From Camelus dromedarius (lineage: Eukaryota), in contig NC_087472.1 of assembly GCF_036321535.1 (NCBI RefSeq), positions 97,714,001 to 97,778,000 of the forward strand: a stretch of 64,000 nt of DNA, written 5' to 3'. Positions within the stretch are counted from its first letter, which is position 1, and every line of letters starts with the position of its first letter. The notes under the pieces are model-generated. The model worked only from the letters and a program-made list of their open reading frames with translations, was not told the DNA's origin and ran no database searches. Position numbers and translations under genes: made by a program. Shown here piece by piece: positions 39,291 through 53,029 of this stretch.

Positions 39291-39849
39291 TTCCATCTGA
39301 GCCATCTAGAATTATAATAGGATTAGAAATTAGTGTGATTTGCAATACAAGGCGGCCCTTAGACCTCTGAAAATTTTCATTTTTAATCTGTTAGGAATAG
39401 CCAGATCCTCACTGGTGCCTATATGTCACCTCAAGGTTTAAACAAAGTGTGAAAGAATCCCTTAAAGAACCAAGGTCCATTTAACTTTCTTTGAGACAAT
39501 ATAATGCACAATTAGCACTTTGACTTTTTTCATTGAATTGATCAATTACATCAGTTTGTATAAACTGATTGGTTTAGCACTTTGTAGTCCACAAATAGAC
39601 AAAGAAAATCAGTGGAAACCAAGCTTAACTTAAATAATATTGATAGAGTACTGAGAATCGTAAAAGTCTGAGATATAGAGGGCCCTTAGAAATCAGTATA
39701 CTCAGGAAGAAAATGAGTTCCAGAAAACTAACCCCAAAATGCTCAGCTTGTACACCAAAAGCTCTCATGTTTATATGGCTACTTACCCATAAACGCCTTT
39801 CAAAGATTCTTGGCTTTTATATCTCACTTACTATAAAATAGTTTATCAT

Positions 39850-42800
39850 GAACTGTCTCAATTTTTAATATAAAAATAATATGAGAACATTTAGGTTAAA
39901 AAAAACAGGAAGATAAACTACCCACCAATCTACTGCTATCAGTTTTATATTTATCAGTCACATTTGGTGCATTCAAATACTTACTTTATTTTAACCACAG
40001 AGTGCATAAAATTTAATATCATGCTCTTAAACCTAGCATTATATTATATGCCTTTTCCATAGTGTTATATAGTGTCTGTGTTTTGTTTAATGCCTATAAA
40101 ATATTCCATTGAGCAGTTATACCCTAATTCAATTAGCAAGTCTCCTCTTTTAGCTATTTGGACTGCTTTTAATTTTCATTGTTATTTGAAAAATATCTTA
40201 ATGCATAAGACTGTTCCAGAATTTGGATTATTTCCTTAGGCTAAAGTCCCAGAAGGAAAATTACAATATCAAAGGATTTGAATAGTTGTATAGTTCTTAA
40301 AAACTAAAGCTGTTACATTGTATAAAACGTAGGTTAACATTCAAAGCAGCAGTAATACAGAAGGGTATCAGATTTAACACATATTTACCAGCATTCATTT
40401 TTAAGGCTTTACTAATTAGGTTAATAAAAAATGTTTCCTGTTTTTTATTGAGCATTTACTTGTTCAGTTTTCTTTTTTGTGAATTATCTGTTCACATCGT
40501 TTTCCTGTTTATTTGCTCATCTTAGAATTGATCCATTTGCTTGGACCCTTTATAAATTAGAAATGCTCACCTTCATCTCTCATTTTTTTGCTGCAAGTAT
40601 TTTTCCCAGATGGCTTTTTATTTTATTTTGTCAAGAATATACAGAACTATTTGTCCACCTTTTTCTTTGTGACTATTTCTATCTTTCCTATACTTAGAAA
40701 GTCAGCATCCTCTGCAAAGTTTTCAATAAATAATCAATACAATTCAATTTCTTTCCATTTTATGTTTTTTACATTTTGTTCCTTTATTTAGAAGTTTATT
40801 TATACATAACTTTTCATTCGTATTTAGCATGATGTACATTCATTTTATCATTGTCCATTTGCTAATGAGTATCCCAGTTTTATATGTTGTCTATCATTGT
40901 CCTTTTCCTATCTTAAGATACAAAATGACTTTGTTTATATTTAAATGTATATACAATATGTTCTATATATTTTAGTAGCTTTACTGAAATATACTTGACA
41001 CACAATACATGTCACATACTTGAAATATTCCACCACCATAATCAAAATAATGAATATATCCATCACCCCCCAAAAGTTTTCTCGTGCCCTTTTGTATTCC
41101 CTCCCTCTTGTCCTTCCTGCCCTTTACAACCCCTTCCTCCCAACTCCAGGCAACCACTAGCCACTATAGATTAGATCTCACTTTTTAGAATTCTGTATAA
41201 ATGGCATCATAAAGAAGGTACCCTTTTGGTCTGGCTTATTTCACTTGCATAAGTATTTTGAGATTCATCCATGTTGCAGTGTGTATCAATGGTTCATTCA
41301 TTTTATTGCTGAGTAGCATTCTCTTAGAGGGATATACCCTAGATTGTTTATCCATTCTTCTGTTGATAGTTCATTTCATGTTTTTGGCTATTACATTTGT
41401 GTGCAAGTCTTTGGCCATATGCTTTCATTTCTCTCAGGTAAATATCTAAGAGTGGGATGGCTGAATCATATCATCAGTGTGTTAAACTTTTTAAAAAACT
41501 GTCAAACTGTTTTCCAAATCAGTTGTCTCATATTATATTCCCACTAGCACTGTCTGAGGGTTCTAGTTCTTCTACACTCTCACTAACATGTGGTGTGATC
41601 AGTCTTTTCAATTTTAGCCATTCTTAGTGGATGTGGAATGGTATCTCATTGTGGCCAATAATTAATGGCATTGCACATCCTTTCATGTGCTAATTTGCCA
41701 TCTTTGTATAAAAGTTTAGAATAATAATGCTCTCTGGATGAGTTTATACTGTTATGATTATGAAATAACCATCTTTTTCCTTGATAGTATTCTTTCTTCT
41801 GAAATCTTTGATATGAATATAGTCACTCAGGTTTTATTTGAGTAGTGTTAGCATGGTGTATTTTTCCATTCTTTTACTTGTTAACCTACTTGTGTCTTTA
41901 TATTTACAGTGTGTTTCTTGTAGACTTTTGAATCTTTATCTGCTCTAACAATCTCTAACTTCTAATTGGGACAATTAGAGCTTTTATATTTAATATAACT
42001 ATTGGTATAGTTATGTTGAAGCCTATTATCTTGCTGTGTGTTTTCTGTTTGTCCAAACTATTCTTTGTTCTCTTTTTCTGCTTTCTTTTGGATTAATCAA
42101 ATATTTTTATTCTAGTTTCTCTTCTTTCTTAGATTATTTGCTTATAACTCTTTACTTATTTTAGTGATTATGTTCGTAGTATAGATCTTTCACTTATCTC
42201 TGTTTACTTTCAACTGTATACCACTCACACATAACTGTGCAGAGCCTCACACACAGAATAAAAACCTTACCACAGTTTACTTCCATTTCTCCCCTTCAGG
42301 TCTGTATGTGTGTGTGTGTTTCCATACTACATTGTCATTATTTTTAAAACAGTACTCTTTTTTATTGTGGAAAATACATATAGCATCAAATTTACAAATG
42401 TCTTAACCATTTTAAATATACAATTCAGTGGCATTAAGTACATTCACACTGTTGGGCAGTAATCACCACCATCCATGTCCAGAACTTTTTTCTAATCATC
42501 CCAAACTGAAACTCAGTACCTATTAAAAGATAACTACCCATTACCCCACTCCTCAGGACGTGGTAATGACTATTCTTTTTTCTGTCTCTATAGATTTGAC
42601 TACCCTAGATTCCTCATATAAGTGGAATCATACAGTATTGGTCCTTTTTGTGTGTCCTATTTCACTTACCTTCCCATACTGTTTTCAGGGTTCGTCCATG
42701 TTGTAGCATGTATCAAAACTTCCTTCTTTTTAAGGCTTAATAATATTCCATTATATGTGTATACCCTGTGTTGTTTACTCATTCATGTAACAATTGGCAT

Positions 42801-43990
42801 TTCAGTTGTTTCTACCTTTTGGCTCTTGTGAATAATGGTGCTGTGAGCATTGGTGTATAAATATCTGTTTGAGTTCTTGTTTTCAATAACTTTGGGTATA
42901 TACCTAGAAATAGAGTTGCTGGATTATATGGTAATCCTATGAAAAATAGCGAATTTTCTTTTGTAAAGATTTAAGTAAAAATTAAAATTATGATTTAAAT
43001 TTTAAATTTTTCTATATTTCCCATGAAGTTAACATCTCTGGAGTTCTTCATCCCTTTGTGAAAGTCCCTATTTCCAAATGTATATTTATAGATGTTAGCT
43101 ATTTGTTCTCACAGTTGAACTATAGGATAAAATTGTCAACTTCAGAAAAAATCATTTAAGATTAAAATTGGAGTTCCAGGTCACCTAAAACATAACTTGG
43201 AGAGAACAATGAGAAAATATTCAGTCTTTCCATCTAGTAATATGTCACAATTTGCCATTTATCCAGGTCCTCTTTTCAATACACAAATAAAATTTTGCAG
43301 GTTTTTATTTATTCAACTTCTATACATCTTTTCTTATGTTTATTTCTTCTGCTTTTAAGAGCATTATATTTCTATTAAATGGAAATATCTTAAAATTATC
43401 TTAAATCTTAAAATGATGTTTTATTTCTCTTTTTCATGAAGGTACAGAGTACTAGTTACTTAGGAATACTTATACACTATTACCTTGATTAGCTTTCATT
43501 AATGCTAGAGATTGTTCTTCTTAACTGAATGCCTTGGATTTCTAGGAATATAATCAAGTCATCTCAAAATAATAATTTTAGGTATTATTTTCTTTTACTC
43601 CTATTTCTTTGACATGACTTACTACATTAATTAAAATTTCCAAAATGCCACTATATAAAAACAGTGAACATAGATATTTGTTATTGTTGTTCCTGAGTTT
43701 ACAGGGACTTTCCCTAAGAGATCTGCTATTGACTATAATGATGACAGATTTATGATAAGGACTATTAATTATATACATTAACGGAAAAACCTTCCATTCC
43801 TTTTTTAAAAATACCTTTAAATGTTCAATTTTAGCAAATGCCTTCCTGCAGCTATTGTGTTATCGACATAATTATAGTAATGCATGTCCTTCATCATTCC
43901 TGCATTCCTGAGATAAGCCCTGCTTTACTGTGGTGGGTTATTCTTCTATTATATTGTTACACGCTCTGTGTTAGTATCTTCTTTAAGGAG
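39850..43990 (-). mobile_element. Nested cluster of old L1 fragments: L1ME-like background with L1MB-like 3' ends at about 40970-41700 and 42355-42945
   Basis: 'ggcaaccact...tttgagattcatccatgttgcag', 'caattcagtggcattaagtacattcacactgttg', 'gataagccctgctttactgtggtg'. Confidence 0.75.
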
Positions 43991-44310
43991 TTAGTTAACG
44001 TGCATTATTGGTTTTAGGTATTCTAAGATGCAAAGAAGCAGAGAACCTCCTGCTACTCCACAGCTAGTCTTGATGGGGGAAAATCCATAAGAAAAAAAAA
44101 TGTGTGGTGGCCTTATTAAATAGCAAAAGACAAGGGGTTTTTGGCAGGATTTTTTTTACCATAGGCCTAAGAGGTTGGATTCCTTAAAAGGTTGGTAATT
44201 AACATTACTACAGCTGGAAAATAAAAGGTCTTGCTTAAAAATAGGAAACAGGGTAAATAACTGAAAATAGGTTTTTCTACCCAGACATCTTCTTGCTGTT
44301 CCTACAGCCA

Positions 44311-44341
<31 letters not shown>

Positions 44342-44342
44342 T

Positions 44343-44452
44343 AGTAACATATAATGGAAAAGAATCTGAAAAAGGATATATTTGTATAACTGAATCACTT
44401 TGCTGTACACCTGAAACTAACACAACATTGTAAATCAACTATACTTCAATTT
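44343..44452 (+). mobile_element. Very short 5'-truncated cetartiodactyl L1 3' end
   Basis: 'ataactgaatcactttgctgtacacctgaaactaacacaacattgtaaatcaactatacttcaat'; TSD aaaaaagcat on both sides; preceded by an A run of about 26. Confidence 0.85.
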
Positions 44453-45745
44453 AAAAAAGCATTAAATCCATTTTTAGGACAGTAACAGACTCCCTTCTGT
44501 AATCCCAACATCGATCTGTCCATACAATCTCGGTGGAGGGGGAAGCAATGGTAAGAAATTGTTTTAAACTTTAGAATACACATTTTAAAACTACTATCTC
44601 AAAATTAAGGTTCATAAAACAACAACATAAGGTTATAGAAAAGTTTAGTGAAAAACTAAACAATCCTATCTCTTCATTCACTACCTACCACCTTCCATGC
44701 TTTCCTATTATTCTGTATCACTTTATTGGAAACAGGAATTGTATATTTTTTTTTGGTTGTTTTGTTTTTGTCTTCATATTCCCAGAGCCAAGGACACTTT
44801 AAGCAATTTTATAACTACCTGAATAAATTAAGAGAAAAATGGGGCCATAAAAGGCGGCTAAGGAGCAACAAAATGGGACTTGAAACACAATATGACAGCA
44901 AGTGAAGCAATTGGAGAACATTTTTTTCATCCTGTAAAATGAAATAAAATGGGGGAAATAAGATTTTTGTGCTGTAACTTTACTTTAAGTATATTAGATT
45001 TAGCCAGTGTTTGTGTCCATTTTCTTATACTGATAATAATTCACAAATGTTTTTTGTTTTAAGAATTCAAATGCAGTCCTTTTGGCAATTGAAGTTGCAG
45101 GGATAACATCTCTTTTGCTGATATAAACCATGGGGACTTCAGTTGCATGATCTCATTATCTGATTACAGCTGTGACTTTGAAGTAATATTTCAGAATGAG
45201 CACTGTTGGAAGAGCTGTTGCTCACAGGCCAAGCCTAAGGTTGTGGAAGAGGATTTGCAAAGGTGTTCCTTAACCCTGCTCTCTTTTCTTTTGGCTTTCT
45301 CCTGCTCTAGTCCACTAGTGTTTCATTTAGTTTCTCATCAGGCAGGAAACTACAGTGGGATTGATTTTAGTTCTATATACAAAGATCACTCCACTAGTAC
45401 CACTTTACCAAGTGGGCAGTAGGAGAGCTCCAGTAGACTGTACTGCACATTGTTCCAAGGGACTCCCTGACAGTGTGCAGAGTTCAATCCTATAAAATCC
45501 TTTTAAAAAGAAATTCCAAAATGATCTTGTGAAAATCATTATGTTTCACCCACATCTTTGAAAAAGCGATTTGTTTCCTTGGTAAGTAGCAAGTTTTATG
45601 TTTAGAAAATAAGTTTAAATCAATCATCCCTAGGACCCATGGTTTTTCACTCTGATTCTCAGACACTAGCCCACGGAACATCTCTATCAAAATCACATAG
45701 AAAGCTATTGAAAACAATGGATTTCTGAGCTGGGATCCTGGAATG

Positions 45746-46471
<726 letters not shown>

Positions 46472-49352
46472 CCAGGGCATCAGGAAAGATGGCTGAAAGT
46501 GTTCTCCATTCCCCAGCAAGAGGGAATCCTGATGGCCAGAAGGAACACCGGAACTGTAGCACATGGCACAGAACAGGTAAGAAAACCAAAGGGTCACCAA
46601 GGCACCACTGTATCTAAAGGAAAGTGGCCCACAGTACCTTTGGTTCTCCAGAAAGCAGGAAGACAGGTGGCCCAAGGACCACCAGAACCATAGTACTGGG
46701 CAGGTAGGTGTTCAGAGGGTCCCTCCAGGACACCATTAGGAGGAAATGATGTAAACAAAAGGAGCCACAGTTTCGCAGCATGTAGGCAGTCTTGTGTCCC
46801 TAAGGATCCCAGGAATCCCAGGGGGCAAGTAGGCTAGTGACCAGATGGGCCCCAGGGCATCAGTGCTATGCAGGGAAGGTGACCTAAAGTGATCTGTGTT
46901 CCGCAGCAAAGGGGAAGGCCCACCCACAGACTGACACAGGGAAATTTCCCCGAAGGCACCAGCATAAGGATACGATTATAGGCAGGCCTGTGACCTAAAG
47001 TATCCCAGAAAATCCAGAGGGCAGGCAAGTTAGTGACCAGATGGGCACTCAGGACAGCTGTGCGCTGCAAGTAAGGCAGCTGAAAGTGATCTCAGTTCAC
47101 CAGTGACGGGGAAGGCTGATAGCTGAAAGGACAACTAGAAACAGCACAGGGGCAGGCTGGCAGCTGGAAGGTTTGCCAGGGAGACTAGGGCAAGCATAAG
47201 ATTCTGGACGAGAGGAACCACAGTTCCCCAGCACGTAGGCAGGCCTGCGGCCCAAGGAATCTCGGGAGGAGGGAAGGCTAGTAACTGAATTCCCTTCCCG
47301 CCCCTCCCCAAGCATCAGCACACGCAGGGCAGGTGGCCAAAAAGTTCACCCATTTCTCCAGCAAGGGAGAAGCCTGGTAAGCCTAAGAACTAGAGGTTCC
47401 CTAGCACACTGGCAAGCATTAATTCTCCGGAGGCACCAGTATGCAGGGCAGTGGCTGATAGGAATCAGGTTTTCCCAGCATGTGGGGAAACTTGAGCGCA
47501 TAGAAATCTCCGAGACCCCAGGTGGCAGGTAGGGAGATGACCAGGTGTCCCTCTCTCCCTTCACCCCCACGGGGAATCAGCACACTACAGGGAAGGTAGT
47601 CCAAAGTGACCTCGGTTCCTCAGCAATGGGTATAACTGAGGGCCCGAAGGACATGAGAAACCATAGTACGTAGGTAGACTGATGCCCGGATGGTTGCCCC
47701 AGGGCACCATCGCAAGTAATGGGTGTAACCTTAAGGAGCCACAGTTCCTCAGGCAGGCTTGTAGTCCAAAAGATCTCAGAAATCCCAGGGTATGGGCAGA
47801 CTAGTGACCAGATGGGCCCTTGGAGAATCAGCATGGTGTAGGGGAGAGGGCTGAAAGTCCACCCCTTTCCCCAGCGGAGGGAAGGAAGATGAGCCTAAGA
47901 GCTACCGGAACGCTATCACGAGGACAGGATGGTACCCGGATAGTTCTTCAGAAGCACCAGTGAGAGGATTCTACGGTAGCCTACAGCAGCCAAACTTCCG
48001 CAGCTCGCAGGCAAAATTGTGTTCGAAAAGATCGCTGAAACCTCCACGGCAGACTAGGCTACTGAGCACATAGGCCTTTCTGAGATTCTCCGCACTGCAG
48101 GGAAGGTGACTGAAAGTGCTTAAGTTCCCCAGGAAAATGGAAGGCTGACGGCCTGAAGCATACCGGCACCCCAGCGCTAGGGCTAACTGAGGCCGGGAAA
48201 GTCACAGAAGGCCCCATCATCAAGGTAATTAGGGTGGACGAAAGGAGCCACGTTTCTCCCAGAACGCCAGTAGGCTTATGGCCTAAAGTATCCCCAGAAC
48301 CCTACCGTGTGGTTAAGCACTGTGGGGAAAGTGGATGAAGTTGATGAAGTTTTCCATTTCCCCAGCAAAAGGGGAGCTGAAAGCCTGAAGGACCACCGGA
48401 ACTTTAGCCCAGGTGCCCGGAAGGTACCGTGCGGCAACACCTTTAGAAAACTGCAGCGAGCGACAGGAGTGATAGTTTCCCAGCATGAAGGTAAGCGTGG
48501 GGACCGAAGAACCCCAGAAAGGTGGACAGGGTAGTGACCAAATAGGCCCCTGGTGCGACAGTGCTCATGGGAAATGACCTAAAGTGCTCTTCATTCCACA
48601 GCAGAGTGAAAGCCCGTGACGGCCAGAAGAGAACCGTACCGCGCGCGCTCAGGCTTGTGCCCAGCCGGCTTCTCCTGGAGGACCAGGGCGGTAACACGGT
48701 AAGCAAAAGGAACCATACCTTCCAAGTACGCTAGCAAGCTTGTGGCTCACAGCGTCCCAGGGGAGGGCAAGCTAGTGACTGATAGGTTCCTGAGGCACCA
48801 GTGCCATTGAGTAAAGGTGGCCAAAACCTCGCTCACTTGTTCTGCAAGCCAGAAAGCTAGCCGCCCAAAGGAGTCTAGAACCCAGGTGCTACAGTAGGCT
48901 AGTCCCTGGAAGGCACCCAGAAGGACCCCCAGGGCACCAGTGCAAGGCATCGCCGGTGGCCAGAGAGAACCAATATTTCCCAGGCTCTCAGGCCGATGCA
49001 TTACAAAAAGCCCCAAGGTTCCTTCGTGAGCATGCAAGTAGAGTCCCACATGAGACCCTATAGCCGGAGCTGAGGCAGAGTGATGGCCAGAAGACATCCA
49101 GAACCTTGAAAGGTCAGGTGGCATGTGGGCAAAAGATTCCATCAGTCCACACTGCAAGGGTGGCCAAAAGGACTCTGGTGTCCCTAGCGCGGAAGCTATC
49201 TGGTGGTCTGCCGCAGCGGATAACCAAACATCCAGACAGGCAAGTAACCCGAAGGGCTCCTGGGGCTCCGCCACACTGGAGGGAGCGTGACCAAAAGTGC
49301 TGTCCATTCCCCAGCAAGCAGGAAGGCTTGTGGCCAGAAGGAATACCAAATA
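46472..49352. repeat. Diverged GC-rich higher-order tandem array (about 43-bp monomer, about 258-bp hexamer, 11-12 higher-order units)
   Basis: Monomer starts at 46624, 46667, 46708, 46751, 46794, 46837, 46879 and 47596, 47639, 47682, 47725; the anchor 'tagtgaccagatgggc' or variants recurs at 46837, 47033, 47281, 47537, 47804, 48062, 48534, 48775, 49244. Confidence 0.9.
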
Positions 49353-49508
49353 GCGTCTTTAAGGACTTGTGCTACGTTCCACTGAACAAATAGTTGCTTA
49401 GCTATGTGAATAGGATGTTTCTTTCCCTCCAGGAGCCTGTGTGATGAAACGATACAAAGTGTGATTTTTTTTTTTTAAGCCATGTGATTGCTAACAAATG
49501 CTCTAGGG

Positions 49509-49662
49509 CAGTGTTTATCTTACTTTAAAGTGCAGATGAATCAACTGGAGAGATGGTTTGAAATTCTGATTTAGCAGTCCTCAGGTGGGGCTTGAGATTC
49601 AACATGTGGAACGATACGGTAATCAGGTGTTGCCAATGCTGACTGACCACTTTCGAAGAGCA
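49509..49662. mobile_element. MER5A-like hAT fragment
   Basis: 'gaatcaactggagag...attctgatttagcag...ggtggggcttgagatt...caggtgttgccaatgctg...gaccacttt'. Confidence 0.6.
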
Positions 49663-49667
49663 GATAC

Positions 49668-49846
49668 CTAGAGCCACACACGCACTAGTCACCTGTGGCT
49701 AGTTAATGTAATTACATTTAAACGTAAACTTTAGCCCCTCTGTCTCACTGGCTACATTTCAAGTTCTTAATAGCCGCATGTGGCTAGTGGCTACCATACT
49801 GGACAACAAAGATAGAGGATATTTCTATCATATTCAGATAGTTCTC
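49668..49846. mobile_element. MER3-like hAT element
   Basis: 'cactagtcacctgtggcta...ctacatttcaagttcttaatagccgcatgtggctagtggctaccatactggaca'. Confidence 0.8.
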
Positions 49847-49984
49847 CAAGAAATAAATGACAGTATATTGTTGGGCAGTTCAAGGAAGTCTTTGTGAATT
49901 TTGTGTGGACCTGGAAATAAAAGTAGGATTGTGATGAAAGAAACAATCAATGTGGAAATAAATACTAGAACGCGACTTTGTGCT

Positions 49985-50130
49985 TCAGAAATAAAGGGGG
50001 CTCTGGACTAAAGATGCCTGGCATTGAAACCTGCCTCTGACATTTACAAGCTTTGTAATTCTGGAGGAGTTACTTTAACTTTCTCGTTCTTGGTTTGCTC
50101 AGTGTAAAAATGTCTGTGTGACAAAGTATG
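49985..50130 (+). mobile_element. MIR fragment
   Basis: 'ggctctggact...gaaacctgcctctgacattta...gttactttaactttctc...cagtgtaaaatg'. Confidence 0.6.
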
Positions 50131-50399
50131 CATGAGATATATATGTAAAAATATTTTCAGCGTCAGTCTAAACAGATTCCTTGACCCTGCAGTTTGCCTT
50201 TTCCCCTTCTCACAGCTGAGGCCACTTGGGCCTATGTGTGCTCTCATCCCTGCCCTTGATTCCCAAGTTCAGAGTTAATATTTAATATTTACTAAACTCT
50301 CCATTATAGGGTAGCAAAATCCTGAAATTGATATGGAGGACCTTAGATGCCAAGGCAGAGAGGTCAGTTTCCATTGGCTAGGCACTAAGGAAACGATGC

Positions 50400-50760
50400 T
50401 TTTTAGCATGTTATTGTAGAGAGTGAGACATGCTTTTGGAAGATTAGCAACAGCATTCAGCATAAACAAGATGTGAGTAATGTAACTCAATAGGAGGCAG
50501 GGGTGAGAATAGAAAGGTTGGTGGGACCAGATTAGTGGAGAGCCTTGCGTACCTTGTTAAGGAGTTTGGCAGTTGCTGAAAAGTTCTAATCAAGGACATC
50601 TGGTAGGAGTGGGAGGAGATACTTGATGAGAACTGTCTGTGAAGAAGTGGGTAAAGAAGTGAAATGGGTGGAGAAAGAGAAGTCTCTAGTGAGAGATTGA
50701 TTTCAGGTTTAGAGACTTTGAAAATGGAGCCCTTCTGAGTGATGACGAGAGTTGTGTGGC
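50400..50760 (-). mobile_element. L2 fragment
   Basis: 'ggtgggaccagattagtggagagccttg...taaggagtttgg'. Confidence 0.5.
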
Positions 50761-53029
50761 TGTCCAGGACCTAGAGAGGAAGAAAATTAAGTATAAGCCA
50801 AGACATCGCATTATTTCGCAAGGTGGGTGAAATGGGGCTTATTTCATTTAAGAAGTAGTCAAGGAAGGACTGTCTCCAAGGAGATTTCTTCCGTTAAGCT
50901 TCCCGTGTGGTGCCTGAGTTTCGAGAGCTGTAATTTAAAGTGCTAGATTTTTCGGAAATAACATGTGACCCAGCATTTGTTCTATATCCATGCTTCCTAA
51001 CCGTTATTATGATGAAAATCTTTCCTAGAGCTGGTTTTTCTTAGTCATAGAAAGCCACATTCCTTCACATTTGGGGCGTGGGGGCAGGTACTCAATGAAC
51101 GATCCAGGAGCATATGGCATAAACAAGTTGACCTCTAAATATTTTTGCATGGGTTATCTGCCACTGGGGTCCTGACAGCAGATATTTAATTCCTGTTGAT
51201 CATTTCCCTGCTTTCTGAGCTGTTTGGTCCCCTCTAATGTTTCCCCTCCTCCATGTAATTGGGTAGTCCTCCATGTGAATATTGGCCTGAAAGAAGTAGG
51301 GCTGAGAAGATATAAAACTGTAAACTGCCTGCAGTGTACCTCCGAGCCAAATAAAAAGGATTTGGGGCCCAGTCTCTAGTGGGAATTATCTACCTCAGCT
51401 CTCTTCCACTGTAGAGAGGTGGCAGGGCATTTCTTTCTGGCCAACTTAGTGTTTGCTGTGGTCCTTCCCTTCTCCTTTATTTCTGGGCAGAATCTTATTC
51501 TGCTGTAAAACACTATACTACTTAGAACAATAGGAAGAAATATAGCAGTCCTCACTGTTAGGTTTTGGTTTTGAAGGGGGCAGTTAGTAATATAACAAGA
51601 AATGACTAATTATTTATTGTCTCAGCTTTAAAAGAAACAGCTCCACTATCTTTCAATCTCAAATTCTTAGATTTGAGGCCTATTCCAGTTTTATATCCAG
51701 GACTGTTGTTTGGAACTGGGGCAAAAAATCCAGTCATTAGAATTTGGACCCCAAGTTGTTGATTTGAAGTTATGTACTGGTTTATATGAATTTTTAAATG
51801 GCCATGGAAATTTTCAACATTTTAGCTTCCAGCTTTCATCCTTTCAAAGTTTATTTCCAGCTTCTCTCAAACCCTTGAATGTGTGTCACTTTGTCTGAAT
51901 TATTAATGCCAGACATACACTTCCATGAGTATAGTTGTATTTCCCACGTGACGCCGAGGCTCCCAGTTCACTTGCGTTCAGCTGCAAAAAGGAAAAAAAA
52001 AAGTGAAAAAGCTACCATTCTTGCCTGTTTCCCACTACTTTATGGAGATGACCATCTGTAAGCTAATTCTGAAGTTGTTAATGGCAAGAATTAGAGTAAT
52101 TGGCACGTGTTTCAAAACACACGGTTTAAGGTTTAAGGTGATGTCTCCCACTCATTGATGGGAGCTGTGTGACACTGCAGTGTGTTCTCTCTAGGGGGTT
52201 CCAACAAAGACTTGTCTTTCAGTTGCTCTAACTGGCTTCTGGGGCATTTTTAGAGAGTGTAGATTAACTCCCAAACACAAAGCAAATCTGTGCTACTTGA
52301 TTTGTTGTAAAACCATAACACGTTTTCCATTGATTTCCAGCCTAGCCACAGTTTCCATACTTCCCCTCCTTCCTGAGCTTGGAAAAACGAGTAGAAAAGA
52401 AGCTCTGATGCCTTTCTTTTCAACAAATTCTAATTCCAAGTGCCCACGGGAGGAATGACGAGGAAAAGAGTTCTTATTTCGAGAACAATAGGATTCTAGA
52501 AAAGGTACAGATATTCTTAAAGAATCTTGTACAGACTTTGCAGCAATCCGTTAATAGGGAAGTATTTTCCATAGCCTCGAAAATATCCTGAAACATTCCT
52601 GCCCATAAAAGTGTCTTGAGGCGAGCATGACAAATGACTGTGAAAAGCCAAGGATTAAAACACTGTCGAATACCAAAGGTTTTGATTTTTTTTTTGTTAA
52701 AACTACCTTCTGTAACCTAAATTCCTTAGGATTTGTTCTCATTTTTCTTTGAAGCCCTGGAGAATCTGTGCGAGTTTGTTTAGCTCTTTTGTAAAGGGGA
52801 GGCATCTTGCTAACACTGGATAAATTAGGAAAGGCTCCAAAACCAAAACAAGTTATTTCTTTTATTTCCTCGTCTTTCTTCCCTGCTTAGGTAGGTTGCA
52901 GGGATCTTAACTAGGGATGCTCCCCAAATGACATATCAAGATTCTACATGTGAGGGTTTCGAGGAGCAGAACAGGCAAACATCTAAAGCTAAAATGTCAC
53001 ACAGAAAGACTATGATAAGTTCCAACAGA

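Noticed and set aside
48747..49349. 200-aa minus-strand ORF, the longest in the track, and other ORFs across the array
   Set aside because: It lies in GC-rich repeat DNA where stops are rarer. There is no recognisable domain, and homologous array units carry stops and non-triplet indels.
46472..49352. Array as a CRISPR, C2H2 zinc-finger, collagen or snoRNA-cluster repeat
   Set aside because: There is no identical repeat with unique spacers and the context is eukaryotic. The period is 43 bp rather than 84 bp, with no CxxC/HxxxH or sustained Gly-X-Y pattern. No recurring C/D box pairs were seen.
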